Positions 9,949-21,828 are shown, counted from the first letter of the stretch. The stretch is 64,000 nucleotides of DNA from Tricharina praecox (GCF_024521635.1 NW_026250407.1:1364001-1428000); one strand, 5' to 3'. The notes: a model not told the origin generated them from the letters alone. Program-made: numbers and translations.

Positions 9949-12610
9949 ATGGTGTCGTCTTCCGGACATCATCATCGCTCGACTACCAAGGCCTCAAATA
10001 AACCCTTCAAGTCCCGCCATGCGACCAAATCCTCCCTCAAGGCCAAGAGCAAGGGTTTGTTCCGCCCGCATTCCCGTCGTGTCCGCGTATGTGTTGACTT
10101 GTGGTGGCGACCCCCGTAGGAAAGGTAGACGACGCCTCGGCGCTCGCGCGCAAGAATCACCACCAACAGGTCACGACCAAGATCGAGCGGAGGAACAAGG
10201 CGCGCCAGCTCCAGATCATCAAGAAGAAGGACAATGACATCGATGCGCGGATATTCAAGGGCAAGGATGCCGCCCCCAGGGTCGTGGCGGTCGTGCCGCT
10301 GTGCGCCGATGTCACCGCTGCTACCACCGTCAGGGCGTTGTTGAAGAGTTTGGATGTTTGGGTAGAGGTACCGGAGGCGGGTGTGTTCACTACATGGTAT
10401 GTCGGCGGGTGGCAGGGGTGGTGGTACTGGCGATGGTGGCGTTGGACGAAGTTGCTGATGTGGGTGCCGTAGGGTGGACCGGTTTAAGCAACGGGTTCAG
10501 TGGATTGTATTGAAGCGGGAGATGCTGCCGATTCTCGATGGATGCAAGGCGGCGGACTTTGTGCTGATGGTGTTGTCAGCGAACGAGGAGGTGGATACCT
10601 TTGGCACACGGATCATCCGTGGGATTGAGGGCCAGGGAGTCTCCAATACACATACGGTTGTTCAACACCTAGAGAAGGTTGAACCCGCCAAGAGAAGACC
10701 CGACATTAAGAGATCCCTCACCACCTTCATCTCGCACTTCTTCCCAACGATCACCAAGGTCCACGAGTGCGAATCTTTGCAGGAGGGACCGAATCTCATG
10801 CGCACGCTGTGTACCTCGATGCCGAAGGGTGTGCACTGGAGGGATGATCGGTCGTATCTGGTAGCGGATGATATCCGGATCGAGGGTGACGATTTGGTGA
10901 TTGAAGGTGTGGTGAGAGGGAGAGGGTTGAAGGCGGATAGACTGGTTCACCTCCAGGGTTTTGGTGATTTCCAGATTGAAAAGGTATGCCAGCCTAGCCA
11001 TTCCTATTTGTGGGTTGCGGAAAGTTGATTGGTGGGGAAAACGTCAGATCTGCGCACAGCCGAGCCGCGTGCAAGAAGCGTCCGCCGACGAAATGGCGGT
11101 TGATGGCGCGGTGAACGGTGCCGGACTACGGATCCTCGAACTGCCAACCGAAGACCAGGACGACCTCAAGGAGTTGGCCCCCGAAGTAGAAGAGACGATG
11201 CGGGACATATCAGACAACATTTCGGAAGTCCCGTCCAACATGTCGGAATCCAGGAGAGGAGTCCTTCTCGACGACCACCATTATTTTGACGACGAGGAGA
11301 GCAGTGCGAACCGCGCTTACGAGATGCCTAAGAATGTTCCGTCGGGAACATCAAAGTACCAAGCCGCCTGGTTCATCGAAGGAGAGGATTACGGCTCGGA
11401 CGGCGAAGCGACCGAGGGCTCCGACACAGATATGGATGAGGACGACGACGAGGCTCGACCTGAGGATGGATTGGAGGGACTGGCTGGCCCATCGGGAACC
11501 ACGGTTGCTGGCTCTGTCTGGGGAGATGACGCCAAGAGCGAAATGTTTTTGGATCCTTCCCCGGAACAGGAATACGAGCAGATCCAGGCTTTCCGAAAGG
11601 ACCGCGACGTAGAGCTTGCGGAAGAGAGGGAGTTTCCAGACGAGATCGAGTTGGCGCCCAATGTTCTTGCGCGCGAGCGTCTTGCCAGATACAGAGGTCT
11701 TAAGAGCTTACGGACCAGCAAGTGGGAAACTGAGGAGGACCGACCATGGCAGCCTGAGGACTGGGACCGGCTCGCAAGGATTCAGGACTACCGGGGATCA
11801 AAGAATAGAGCCATCAATGAGGCTTTGGCAGGCGGTGTGGCACCAGGGACCAGAGTTATGGTCTACATCCGCAATGGTCCCCCAGAGGTTGCGGAATTGT
11901 TCAAATCCCATCCAGAGCGACCAATTGTTCTCTGGGGACTGTTGCGACATGAACACAAGCAAGCTGTTGTCAATGTTTCTATCATGGCGTCCACTGATTA
12001 CGAGGGCGAGCCCGTCAAGTCGAAGGACGAGCTGATACTTCAGATCGGCCCGCGCAGATTGCACGTTAATCCACTATTCTCTACCGCCGGCGGAACTGGT
12101 AAGAATAACGTCAGCAAGTTCGAGCGCTTTCTTTCTCCAGGCCAAGCCAGTGTTGCGACATTTGTCGGACCAGTGACATGGGGGAATGTTCCAGTGACAG
12201 CCTGGAAACGTGGAGACGGAGAAACTGACTGGGAGCTTGTCGGAATGGGAAGCTTCCTCAACGTGGACCGCGAGCGTGTGGTCGCCAAGAGAATCGTCCT
12301 CACCGGTCACCCTTACAAGATCCACAAGAGGCTTGTGACTGTGCGGTACATGTTCTTTAACCAGGGTAAGTCGGAAGTATTCCGAAGATCGTATTGGACA
12401 AAGGCTAACGCATCAACAGAGGACATTGCATGGTTCAAGGCGATACCGCTGTACACCCGTCGCGGCAGGAGTGGATTCATCAAGGAGAGCTTAGGTACAC
12501 ACGGTTACTTCAAGGCGACGTTCGATGGCCGCATCAATCCGCAAGATGCTGTCGCCATCAGCTTGTACAAGAGAGTGTTCCCGAGAGGCTCAACGGAATT
12601 TTCGGAGTAG
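9949..12610 (+). CDS. TSR1: Pre-40S ribosome biogenesis factor Tsr1 (Bms1-type G domain, AARP2CN, RIBIOP_C); exons 9949-10054, 10120-10396, 10473-10983, 11048-12365, 12420-12610
   Basis: N-terminus MVSSSGHHHRSTTKASNKPFKSRHATK, then FPDEIEL, ARERLARYRGLKSLRTS, KRIVLTGHPYKIHK and GFIKESLGTHGYFKATFD. Four GT-AG introns all splice in phase. Confidence 0.95.
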
Positions 12611-13274
12611 TGCTCTTGAAAACCTCACGGGGTGGAGCTTCTGGGGTTCTTTCTTTTCTGTCTTTTCGGTTCTGGGTTTACAATCGGTGTTCTGTTTTGG
12701 GATTCCCGGGTTTTTTTTCTCGTTTTTTTTTGTGTTTTTACCCTTTCCTTCGTGATGACATGCCTACCGGCTTAGATGTTGAAAAGTTGGTTTGTGATTG
12801 TACTGAATTTTGTATGGCCTATCATCCTCTGGAATATAGTCCCGTGCCACTACTCAACCGTGGCGATCAATGCAATGCATGGAGGATTTTGGCGGAGTTC
12901 GGATATACCTTTTTTTTAGTCTGGTTCTTAATAGGCGCGCAGGTACACCCTACTAGGGCAAGTGCTCGCCGATATCTCGTCCGGCGGCAGGACATCAATC
13001 TGCATCCGGGCGGCCAAGCCCCACAATTTAGCCATTGAGCTGCACATGCGCTGCATGGTGATGCGTTACTCCGCCTGCAGATAATTTTGTCCGGTCACAC
13101 GAATAAAGGCTTTTTTGAAGAAAACCGCTCGGTAAGTTAAGGTCTAGATTGTCAAATTTGCCGAATATCTGGGGGCTCTCAATGGTTATTCCCTATGTCC
13201 TGCTAGGTGTCTCAATGGCTATTCCCTGAGCCCTGCAGATGATTACTTTCTACCGTAGATACATCCGAATGCTC

Positions 13275-13360
13275 CCCTTCGGACCTCCTCCGGGCTGTCG
13301 TTGTATCTATGCAGAGCCCTTTCGGACCACCTCCGGGCTGTCATTGTATCTATGTAGAGC
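13275..13360 (+). repeat. Two 43-bp near-identical tandem copies in the GMC oxidoreductase promoter, each containing CGG-N7-CCG
   Basis: ttcggacctcctccgggctgtcgttgtatctatgcagagc (from 13278) versus ttcggaccacctccgggctgtcattgtatctatgtagagc (from 13321). Confidence 0.85.
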
Positions 13361-13440
13361 ATGGATATATACATGAAGCATTTAAGCCCGCGGCAGGCCC
13401 AGTATCTTCGTTCACCATCTTCACTTCGACATCTGTAAGC

Positions 13441-15246
13441 ATGCTGCTCCCTTCCAACCAAGCCCTCGCCTTCCTGGCTCACAGCTACGACTACCTCATC
13501 CTCGGCGGTGGAACAGCCGGGCTCACAGTCGCTACCCGTCTCGCCCTCTCCTCTCCCTCCCTCAAGATCGGAGTTCTTGAAGCCGGCCACTCGCAGCTCG
13601 ACAACCCCCTCGTGTCAGTCCCGGGCTATTATGGCTTTGGCTTGGGCACCGAACTCGACTACAACTTCACGACCACCCCGCAGACGCACGTCAACAACCG
13701 CAAAATCGGCATGGCGCGCGGCAAGATGCTCGGCGGCTCGTCCGGGCTGAACTACATGAACTGGAACCTCGCCTCGGCAGAGGAGTACGATTCGTGGGGC
13801 CACGGCTGGGGTTGGGGTGTCATCTCGAAGGCTGTGAGGGCTATTGAGGGATACTATCCGCCGGAATTGGAGGCGCAATTCGAGTTGCTGCCGAAACCGC
13901 CGGTGGTGGAGGGAGTGCATGGGACGAAGGGTCCGGTGCAAGCGGGATGGGCCAAGTGGTTCCCGAAGCCCACCGGGATGTTGCTGAAGTCCCTGCAGAG
14001 CTTTGGGATCGGGATTAATCCCGATGCTATGAGCGGAGATAACCTGGGCGGGTATTATTCACTCGGCTCGGTGACTAAGGATGGGGAGAGGAGTTATTCT
14101 GCGTCCGCGTATCTCGCGCCGAATATTGACAGGGAGAATTTGATCGTGCTCACCGGGGCCACAGTGGCGAAGGTATTGCTGAAGAACAAAGTGGCGGTGG
14201 GTGTGGAGTTTGTCGACGAAGCGGGAACTACGCATCAGGCCTTCCTGAAGAAGGGTGGGAAGAGTGAAGTGATCCTGTCTGCTGGATCCCTTCAGAGCCC
14301 GCAGATTCTGGAGCTCTCGGGGATCGGGAAGAAGAGTGTTCTGGAAGCTGCAGGAGTGCTTGCAATAGTCCAGAACGATCAAGTCGGAGAGAATTTGCAG
14401 GATCATATTTGTATTTCTACCCCCCGCTACGTATGGTGATTCACAGCTGACGGAGTAGTCTCACCTATAACATGGGAATTCACGGCCGACAACACGCCTA
14501 CGAGAGACCTTCTCAGAACCTCTCCCGCGTTCCTTGCCGCCGCACAGGAAGAATACAACGTCAATCGCAGCGGAATCCTAACAGGTACAACCATGACTTT
14601 TGCCATGCTCCCACTCGATACCTTCCTTGCGCCCGGGGAACTAGCAACCATCACCTCGCAAGCCCTCACCACAAACTCCACCATCGATCTATATGACACC
14701 TTTGTCCTCCCGCGGAACAACAGCGAGAGCAAGGTCGCCCAAATAGAGTACATTTTCGCCCCATTCAAGAGCAGCTCCCCAGCGCCATCCCCGGGGAAGA
14801 CGTATTTCACCATTCTTATTGCACTGATGCACCCTCTCTCCCGAGGGAGCGTTCACATCTCGTCCGCCTCAGCCTTTTCCCCGCCAGTAATCGATCCTCG
14901 CTTCTTCAGCGAGCTCGTCGACCGCGAAGTCCTGCTCGCGGGCGTCCGGTTCGCAGCCAAAGTCGCCGCGGCAGAACCACTCAAGAGCCAACTCCTCGGC
15001 CGCACCGATGAAGTCCCAGACGATCAGCTTTGGGAGGCGATTAAAACCTCCGCCGAGACCGTGAAGCACCCTGTCGGCACGTGTGCTATTGGTACCGTTG
15101 TGGATGGAAAATTGAGGGTCAAGGGCGTCAAGGGGCTGAGAGTCGTGGATGCTAGTGTTATCCCCCTACAGTTGTCAACCCATACGCAGGTGACGGTTTA
15201 TGCGATTGCGGAGCACGCGGTGAAGATTATTTTAGGCGCGAGGTAG
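13441..15246 (+). CDS. GMC oxidoreductase (AA3_2-like, His/His active site); exons 13441-14410, 14459-15246
   Basis: FAD-binding YDYLILGGGTAG, VLEAG, RGKMLGGSSGLN, EVILSAGSLQSPQILELSGIG, VGENLQDH, HPLSRGSVHI, KHPVGT and LRVVDASVIP..STHTQ. The 48-nt intron 14411-14458 restores the frame. No signal peptide. Confidence 0.93.
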
Positions 15247-15541
15247 AGGGAGAGAGAGGGAGAGAGGGTACCGGAAATTTTTATAGGCATTTAATATGAA
15301 TTATGTGTTGAATGTCTTTGTTTGCTTCGCCATATTGCGCCTGACAGCCTACAGGTACAGCGATGTCGAAATTAAGTAGACACCTAAAATCGCTTCCGTC
15401 GTTATACCCTTGTTTCGAGCCAGTTAGGTTGTTGTGTGCCTCCCACCCCGGGAGTCCCATATAATCAAGGGTAAACAACATCGTAAGGCTATTTTTGTGG
15501 CAGGGGCATTGGTTACATACTGGTTAGTACGAGACATCGAT

Positions 15542-15562
15542 CCCCCCCCCCCCCCCCCCCCC
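15542..15562. repeat. Homopolymer C21 (G21 on the minus strand)
   Basis: Read directly. Confidence 0.9.
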
Positions 15563-16439
15563 AAGGGAATTACACACAGGAAAGCCCTCCAAATTGGTTG
15601 ATGTTATGACGGGTCCTCTCCAGAGTATCCACCATCCCAAGACTTATGGATAGGTGATAGCACAATGAGCAGCATGTGGCTAGGATAGATAGAGAGGAAA
15701 TACTAATCTATTTTGCATACAGCCTGTACAGACTATGGTGAAAGCTCGGATAGATGAGCAGACGGATACTTCCGGGATTGGAGAAGCATCGAGTGTTGTT
15801 CAATGCATCATTCGATCATGTAATGTCACCTGGTATCTGTCCCGTCATTGGAGATCAAAACCACGCTCGATAGCAGCCTGAAGATCCAATTCTCTAGACG
15901 AAGCCCAATGGATGTGATGCTTCAGAGAGCTCAACGCTGAGGCGTCGCCGGCTGCCACTGGAGGTTGACTGTTCCAGCTTTTGGACGAGCTTGACATTCT
16001 CGCAGCATCTTTTTCTTTGATTTTGGGATGACCTAGCAGTGAAGATCCGAGCAGATCAAGCTTCAAATTCGGTCTTCCTATGGCCGAGGAAAAGCCATCG
16101 TCACCATATAATTCACCATGTAATTACGCTGCCCCCATCGCCCCATCGCCCCATCGCCTCATCGCCCCAAGCCGTCATCAATCGCTGTCTCGCCTCTTGC
16201 CCGAGTTTGCTGCTCACACGTCTCTGAATCGTTATGCCACTTCCGCTAGCGTGGTGAAGATTGTTTGCCACTTATGGCTCGCTGGCTAGTTTCTTGGGGT
16301 CGGCGAAGTGAGGTATAATCACAAACATCGACAACTTCCACGAAGCCATTGTTTCTCGTCTTCCCCAGCTTTGATCTTCCTCCTCCACTAGCTTCATTTC
16401 CTCAACGAGACAACAACTTCGTTCCTCCAACCTCTACCT

Positions 16440-16652
16440 TCTCCACTTCTCACTCTTCTCCCTCTTCTCCCTCTTCTCCCTCTTCTTCCTTCCCCACTCA
16501 CACTGTGATCGATCCAAACTTCGACCCTTTGACACACTCTTCTCGTGCTTCACACTCTTCTCGCTCTTCACACTCTTCTCGCTCTTCACACTCTTCCTCT
16601 TTTACCACTCACACTGACCGATCCCAACTACGACCCTTCTACACACTCCTCA
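16440..16652 (+). repeat. CT-rich low-complexity repeats in the putative 5' UTR (CACTCTTCTCGCTCTTCA units, TCTTCTCCC units, and a duplicated CACTCACACTG..GATCC..CGACCCTT..ACACACTC block)
   Basis: Read directly, immediately upstream of ATG 16696. Confidence 0.7.
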
Positions 16653-16695
16653 CATTTACTCTCTGCAAGTTACACGGTCTCAGTAGATCATCACG

Positions 16696-19108
16696 ATGAA
16701 GTCTTCCACCGGATCGCCCAGTGGTCTCAACCCTGCTGCTGCTCCCTTCGTTCCGAAGAGCGGTTCTTCCAGTCCTCTTAACGCTGCGGCTTCTCCTTCC
16801 GCTATGAAAGGTGATTCGCCCGATCGTCGCTCGACTGGTGGTTCGTCCGGTCGTTTCAACCCGACTGCTCGTCCCTTCGTTCCGGGAGGTGTTTCGCCGA
16901 ATTATTCGAACCCCGCTGGCCCCAATTATGTGCCTAGTGGTGGGCTCTCACAAGAACAACAGCAGCATGTTGGATACTACGATAGTAAGATTTCCGTGAC
17001 CTATCCCACATCGCCGAGTGATGTGCTGATGATCCTAGACCAGGTTTATGCTGATGGCAACCAGCCCTACGGCAACGCTTTAATTCCTGCTACCCTAGGT
17101 AAGATTTTTATGATTGACGTGTAGTTTGAGATGATGCTAATTACTGGGCATATTTAGAGAATAACGATCCTGCGTATTATGAGTGGTCGAGGGACGTCCT
17201 CTCCCAGCAGGGTGGTCTTGAGCAAACCGGAGTGTACTACCCACAGGCATACAACTACTCGAGCCAAATGTACGCCGCGCAGAACGAGCTTCCAATGGAT
17301 ATCAACATGGCGAATTCGTACGGTTCCGAGCTTCCAATGGATATCAACATGGCGAATTCGTACGGTATGGGACTCAGGGCGGTCGGTACTTCCCCCGACG
17401 GTGCTCCGGTCTACCTCGACAACCAGCTCCCGAGGAACGAAACGGTCTACTACGACCCAATGGGTCAGATCTACAAACTGAATTTGCCTCCCTATACTGG
17501 TTCCTTCCCGCAAGAGCAGTACGGCAATGGCTACACCAACATTGCTTCCTCTACTCATGATCAGCTCGCCAATTTTACCGATGCCACCTTTACCGACGGA
17601 CACCAGGAGAACTTCCAGACTATGGGTATGGGCGACATGGATGTAAGAATCTTTTCTCTCCGCTCATTGATGATTGGGGTTCCATGTGCTAACGAACACT
17701 TCTCAAGGTCAATGCCGGGACTCATGAGCTTGTCGAGAAGACCTATGCTAGTCACGACGACGCCTACAAGGTCAACAATGATTCTCACGACCTGATGAAC
17801 CGTCACTCGGAGAACATACTTCCGCAGAAGGACCAGAAGCAGCAAGCCATGCCTGTTACTGAGCAAATTCAGACGAAGACGCGAAAGCTGGCTGTGATAA
17901 AGAAGGATCCAATCAGCGAGGAGGAGATGACCTTCGGCGATATCCTAAATGAATACAAGGAACAGAAGATGAGGAAGAGGGCCAGAAAGACCGCAAAGAG
18001 GGGCAAAGGCAAAGCCCGGGCCGCCTCAGAGTCTTCGGATTCGGAGAGCTACGAACACCCGGCGGAGAAGGGAGACATCCTTGGCGATGACGGAGAACTG
18101 ATGCACCTCTACGAGGCTCCCGAAACCAACCTCATGTTCAGCGATGAGGAGAGATTGTACTTCACCGAGCTCATCGATGCTTACATGGCGGCGTACTCTA
18201 CCCCGATCCGCGAAGTAAACATGTCGCATCTCTTCAAAGCCTACCGTCACCTGAGGGCCAATCACCACCTCACAGAGGGGCCGGATCGGTCGAACGCGGA
18301 ACTGTTCGTCCTTTACCTTGCCGAGATCTCAGACAACCATACCGTTCTGTCCCTGGAATACGAGGCCTACTACGAGAAGGTCATGGGCCATCTCCCGGAT
18401 ACCATCCAGAAGAACCAGCGACGGTTGTTGTCGAAGAGTCACGAGGCTGCTCGTGACTGGGAGATCTACAACTCCCTGCTCTGGACCGACGCGGTCATCA
18501 ATATCGCCCAACACCCGGATCTCCGGAGGGAACTTGACGAGGAGGGGCGCCCGATGCTGGTCTTGTTCAAAGCCATCAACAGGTGCTACAAGGCAAGTGC
18601 GCGGCGGCTGGAGCCATTCTGGTGCTCCCCCTACCACTGGCGCCAGTCTCCCTTCAAGCCCAAGAAGCCGGAGGACACCTACGTGCGTCGGAGGGTCGCG
18701 GACAAGGGGGTGTTCGCGGACCCGGTGCTGGACATCCACCCAGACTCGGAGGACGAGCGCGACGGCGCAGCCCAGGAGATTCCCAAGAATCACAAGTTCG
18801 CTGGGTACTGGCCGTCGGAGGAAATTTTCCTCCGCGGCCTGCTCAAGCTGCACCTGGTGTTATATCCGGCCGCTCCCTTCGACTGGGACCGGATCACGGC
18901 CGCGTTCAACAAGGTGAACACCTTGCACGCGTGCCGTGGGATCTGGCGCTCGAAGATGGAGCTCCGCCACCACTTCAAGGTCCTCTACCCAGAGGCTTCG
19001 GCCCTGGCGAGGATCGGGATGTGGAAGGACATCCATCTTTGGGAGGAGCGGGCGCCAGATCCGTCCAGCACCAAGAGGGGCCGTAAACTCGGGGGTCGCC
19101 CTCGGTAG
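16696..19108 (+). CDS. Hypothetical protein (~744 aa) with N-terminal PAM2-like motifs and a C-terminal helical/Myb-like region; exons 16696-16984, 17039-17098, 17158-17642, 17708-19108
   Basis: Three GTAAG..AG introns join four ORF-track fragments in phase. Motifs LNPAAAPFVP and FNPTARPFVP, a duplicated ELPMDINMANSYG, a basic NLS-like KMRKRARKTAKRGKGK, and the terminus KRGRKLGGRPR. Confidence 0.8.
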
Positions 19109-19925
19109 AGCGCCCTCGCTTAGGTGAGGGTTGCCTTTCGGGGGTGGGGGGGTGGGAGGGGTGATGGGTGTCCGGTTGCGTGTTGCGTTTTTGGGGAAAT
19201 TTGAAATTTCCCCATAGAAGTAGGTAGCTATCACCAATGGATATCATCCCCAGAAATATCGTATCGTGCATCGTGATTCTTGATGTGTTTTTACAGTATT
19301 TGCCAGATTTTTTTCTTCTTTCTCGCGGATGACATGTAGTTAGTATCCAATTCTCTGAATTCTCCATATGTAGATATGTCCGTATCCCTGTATTCGGGGG
19401 ATTCACCGTCCATTCGATATCTATATTCTAGCCAATATATAATAGACCGTGCTTGTTGCCTTTGCCCCACCCCAGCCGTGCCGTGTCTTAACAGTTCGCA
19501 GCGCTGATCGCGAGTAGTGATGAGGATCTGGTAAGCGACAACTGCTGTGACGGCAATGATAGGTATTGATGGCGAGCTAAGTAGTGCCGCTACTGCCGCC
19601 GCTATCGCCTCATATAAGAGAGTTCTCCAGAGCCGGTGCGCAATCGCAATCGCGTAGCTGATCACCCTGGGCAAAGGCCGCCGGCGCCGATTGACAACTG
19701 CGCTCCGGATTCTACATCTACCTACGCAAGCTCTTGATGATAATCTGTTGAACTGGTATATAAGTCGTGTTTTGTGAGATGAAGATTCGGATTTTCCAAG
19801 TTTGGTATGAATTGGAGAATTGTTCGCTGAGGCGGTGACGGTATTTGGTGGGGCGTCCGCAAATTAGGACGTTCCAATTTTAAATTTCCATACTAAAGAC
19901 TAAGAAGGAAACTGCAACATAACCA

Positions 19926-20025
19926 GTCAACGTGGTGGAGTGGTTAACACGTTCGCCTGCTATTCCGAACCTGGAAAGCTCAGCGGATGCCTTCGGGCGC
20001 GCAAGTTCGAATCTTGTCGTTGACG
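19926..20025 (+). tRNA. tRNA-Ser(GCT) with a 19-nt intron (19963-19981)
   Basis: GTCAACG/CGTTGAC acceptor stem plus G73, D-loop GAGTGGTTAA, anticodon stem TTCGC/GCGGA with CT-GCT-A, long variable arm TGCCTTCGGGCGC, GTTCGAATC B box and a T7 terminator. Confidence 0.95.
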
Positions 20026-20058
20026 ATTTCTTTTTTCATTTTGTCCCGTTCATGTCCA

Positions 20059-21828
20059 CTACGAGCGTTTCGAGGATGCACCACCCCCGCTTACTCTCCC
20101 GACCCTTTTCCAGCACTCATCCAGAAGCTCTTCACACTCCTCCAAACGTGCTTGGACAATCCTAAGCGCACCAAGTTTATACTCACAGTCCCACGCCCGA
20201 CTGACCCCCATAACCCGATCGCCATTCAGCGCCCATAGCTCTTTCTGCAAGGTTCTCACCTCTTCTTCTTGTTCTAATTCTCGCACTTCCCCCCAGACGT
20301 CCTCCACTTCCCCAAGCCTCGGTGGAATGTAAGCGTCCAGCGGACTCCACGGCATCGGCGGGACGATTGAACGGTGCCGGTTTCCCTTCTTCCTTCGCTG
20401 CGGCCTGCGTCGTGAAAGCCGTAATAATAGGGCATATATCCGTGGTTGCAGCTTCATCACTCCTTCGTAAAGCTCCCACGTCTCTAGCTTCTTCCGCTGG
20501 TCGACGACGGCGACGTCCGCAATTGACGGATTGCTGCTGATAGTGGAGGCTTTGCTGGTGGATTTGGAGATAGAGGCGCGGACAGGAATGGGAATGGGTT
20601 CGAACTGTGGGTAGCGGGGAGAAACGAGGGGGGCGGCTTGCGGAGAGGTGGTAGGGGGGAGGGGGATGAGGGGCCAGGATGCTCTTCCTGAGGGTGGAGG
20701 GGGAGAATGACGGGAATCCTCGTATCTCTGCCCGGGGGACCATGATGTTGGACGGGGTGATCGATTCGACTGCAGAGTAGTCCCGCCAGACGGAAGTGTG
20801 GAAGGACGAGTGTCCGTTGAAATGGGTGAAGGTGAAGTCTGACTACATGAGGAAGTGGTCGGGCGAGTGCGAGTGGGTAATGATGGAGGTTCAGGTGAAG
20901 GTGGTGGCGAGGAAGGACCAAAAGTTGCCCCTCGCCGCGGACGGTAATCTTGGAGTGTCTGGCCATAGACTGTAGGGGGACGGGTTAGGGAGGTTTGGCT
21001 GGAGCTCGAGGAGGTAGTGCTCGAACGATAGTGAGAAGGTATGGACGGAGAATCAGATGGAGGAGGCGAGGGCCTCCTGCCAGAAGAAAAATGAGACGCA
21101 GACGAAGGGGTCTGCGGATAACACACCGGACTTGACCACCGAGAACTTATAGACGGAGAATCAGATGGAGGAGGCGAGGGCCTCCTGCCAGAAGAAAAAT
21201 GAGACGCAGGCGTAGGGGTAGGCGGAAAAGACGCCGGACGTGACCACCGACTGGTCGAGTGTGGAGAAGAATGTATGGACGGAGAAGTGGAAGGAGGAGG
21301 CAAGAGCCTCCTGCCAGAAGAAATATGAGACGCAGGCGAAGGGGTCTGCGGAAAACACACCAGACTTGACCACCGACTGGTCGGGCTTGGAAGAGAACGT
21401 ATGGGCGGAGGGGTAGGAGAAGGAGCCGAGGGCCTCCTTTCAGAAGGAAAACGTGACGCAGGCGAAGGGGTAGGCGGAATATACACCCGACTTGGCCACC
21501 GATTTGCCGTGCGTAAGGGTGCAGAGTTGAGAGGGGCGTCAAAAATAGGAACAAGTGGGAAGTGGCCACTGCCCGGCCTGGGGGTAGGTGATGGAAATAT
21601 CCTCTCAGAGCGTGAAGACGCCATCGAATCACCGGTCAAAAAGGTTGGACGACGCTCATCATGTGGACGTAGAGGAGTGGGAGTCGGAGGCGAAGAGGTA
21701 TACCATTCAAAGCCGTTTGCAGGCTTGGCCGGTGTGTTCTCATGATGACTCCCACGAGATGACCAAGTGGACAAATTGGAGCTTCCGGAAGACCGAGACG
21801 ATCTTTCAGATGGGGGTTTGGGATCCAT
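20059..21828 (-). CDS. Ser/Pro-rich hypothetical protein (589 aa) with four internal 36-42 aa repeats and a helical C-terminus
   Basis: Long ATG-initiated ORF. The repeats (SRWSSPVCYPQTPSSASHFSSGRRPSPPPSDSPSI-like) keep the frame. No family recognised. Confidence 0.6.
   Translation of the reverse strand: MDPKPPSERSSRSSGSSNLSTWSSRGSHHENTPAKPANGFEWYTSSPPTPTPLRPHDERRPTFLTGDSMASSRSERIFPSPTPRPGSGHFPLVPIFDAPLNSAPLRTANRWPSRVYIPPTPSPASRFPSERRPSAPSPTPPPIRSLPSPTSRWSSLVCFPQTPSPASHISSGRRLLPPPSTSPSIHSSPHSTSRWSRPASFPPTPTPASHFSSGRRPSPPPSDSPSISSRWSSPVCYPQTPSSASHFSSGRRPSPPPSDSPSIPSHYRSSTTSSSSSQTSLTRPPTVYGQTLQDYRPRRGATFGPSSPPPSPEPPSLPTRTRPTTSSCSQTSPSPISTDTRPSTLPSGGTTLQSNRSPRPTSWSPGQRYEDSRHSPPPPSGRASWPLIPLPPTTSPQAAPLVSPRYPQFEPIPIPVRASISKSTSKASTISSNPSIADVAVVDQRKKLETWELYEGVMKLQPRIYALLLRLSRRRPQRRKKGNRHRSIVPPMPWSPLDAYIPPRLGEVEDVWGEVRELEQEEEVRTLQKELWALNGDRVMGVSRAWDCEYKLGALRIVQARLEECEELLDECWKRVGRVSGGGASSKRS

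Noticed and set aside
13309..13440. N-terminal extension of the GMC oxidoreductase from ATG 13309
   Set aside because: It lies inside the promoter duplication and upstream of a TATATA element. ATG 13441 directly precedes the FAD-binding motif and fits better.
19291..19674. Minus-strand ORF with a hydrophobic stretch
   Set aside because: No ATG start, no recognisable family and no supportable exon structure.
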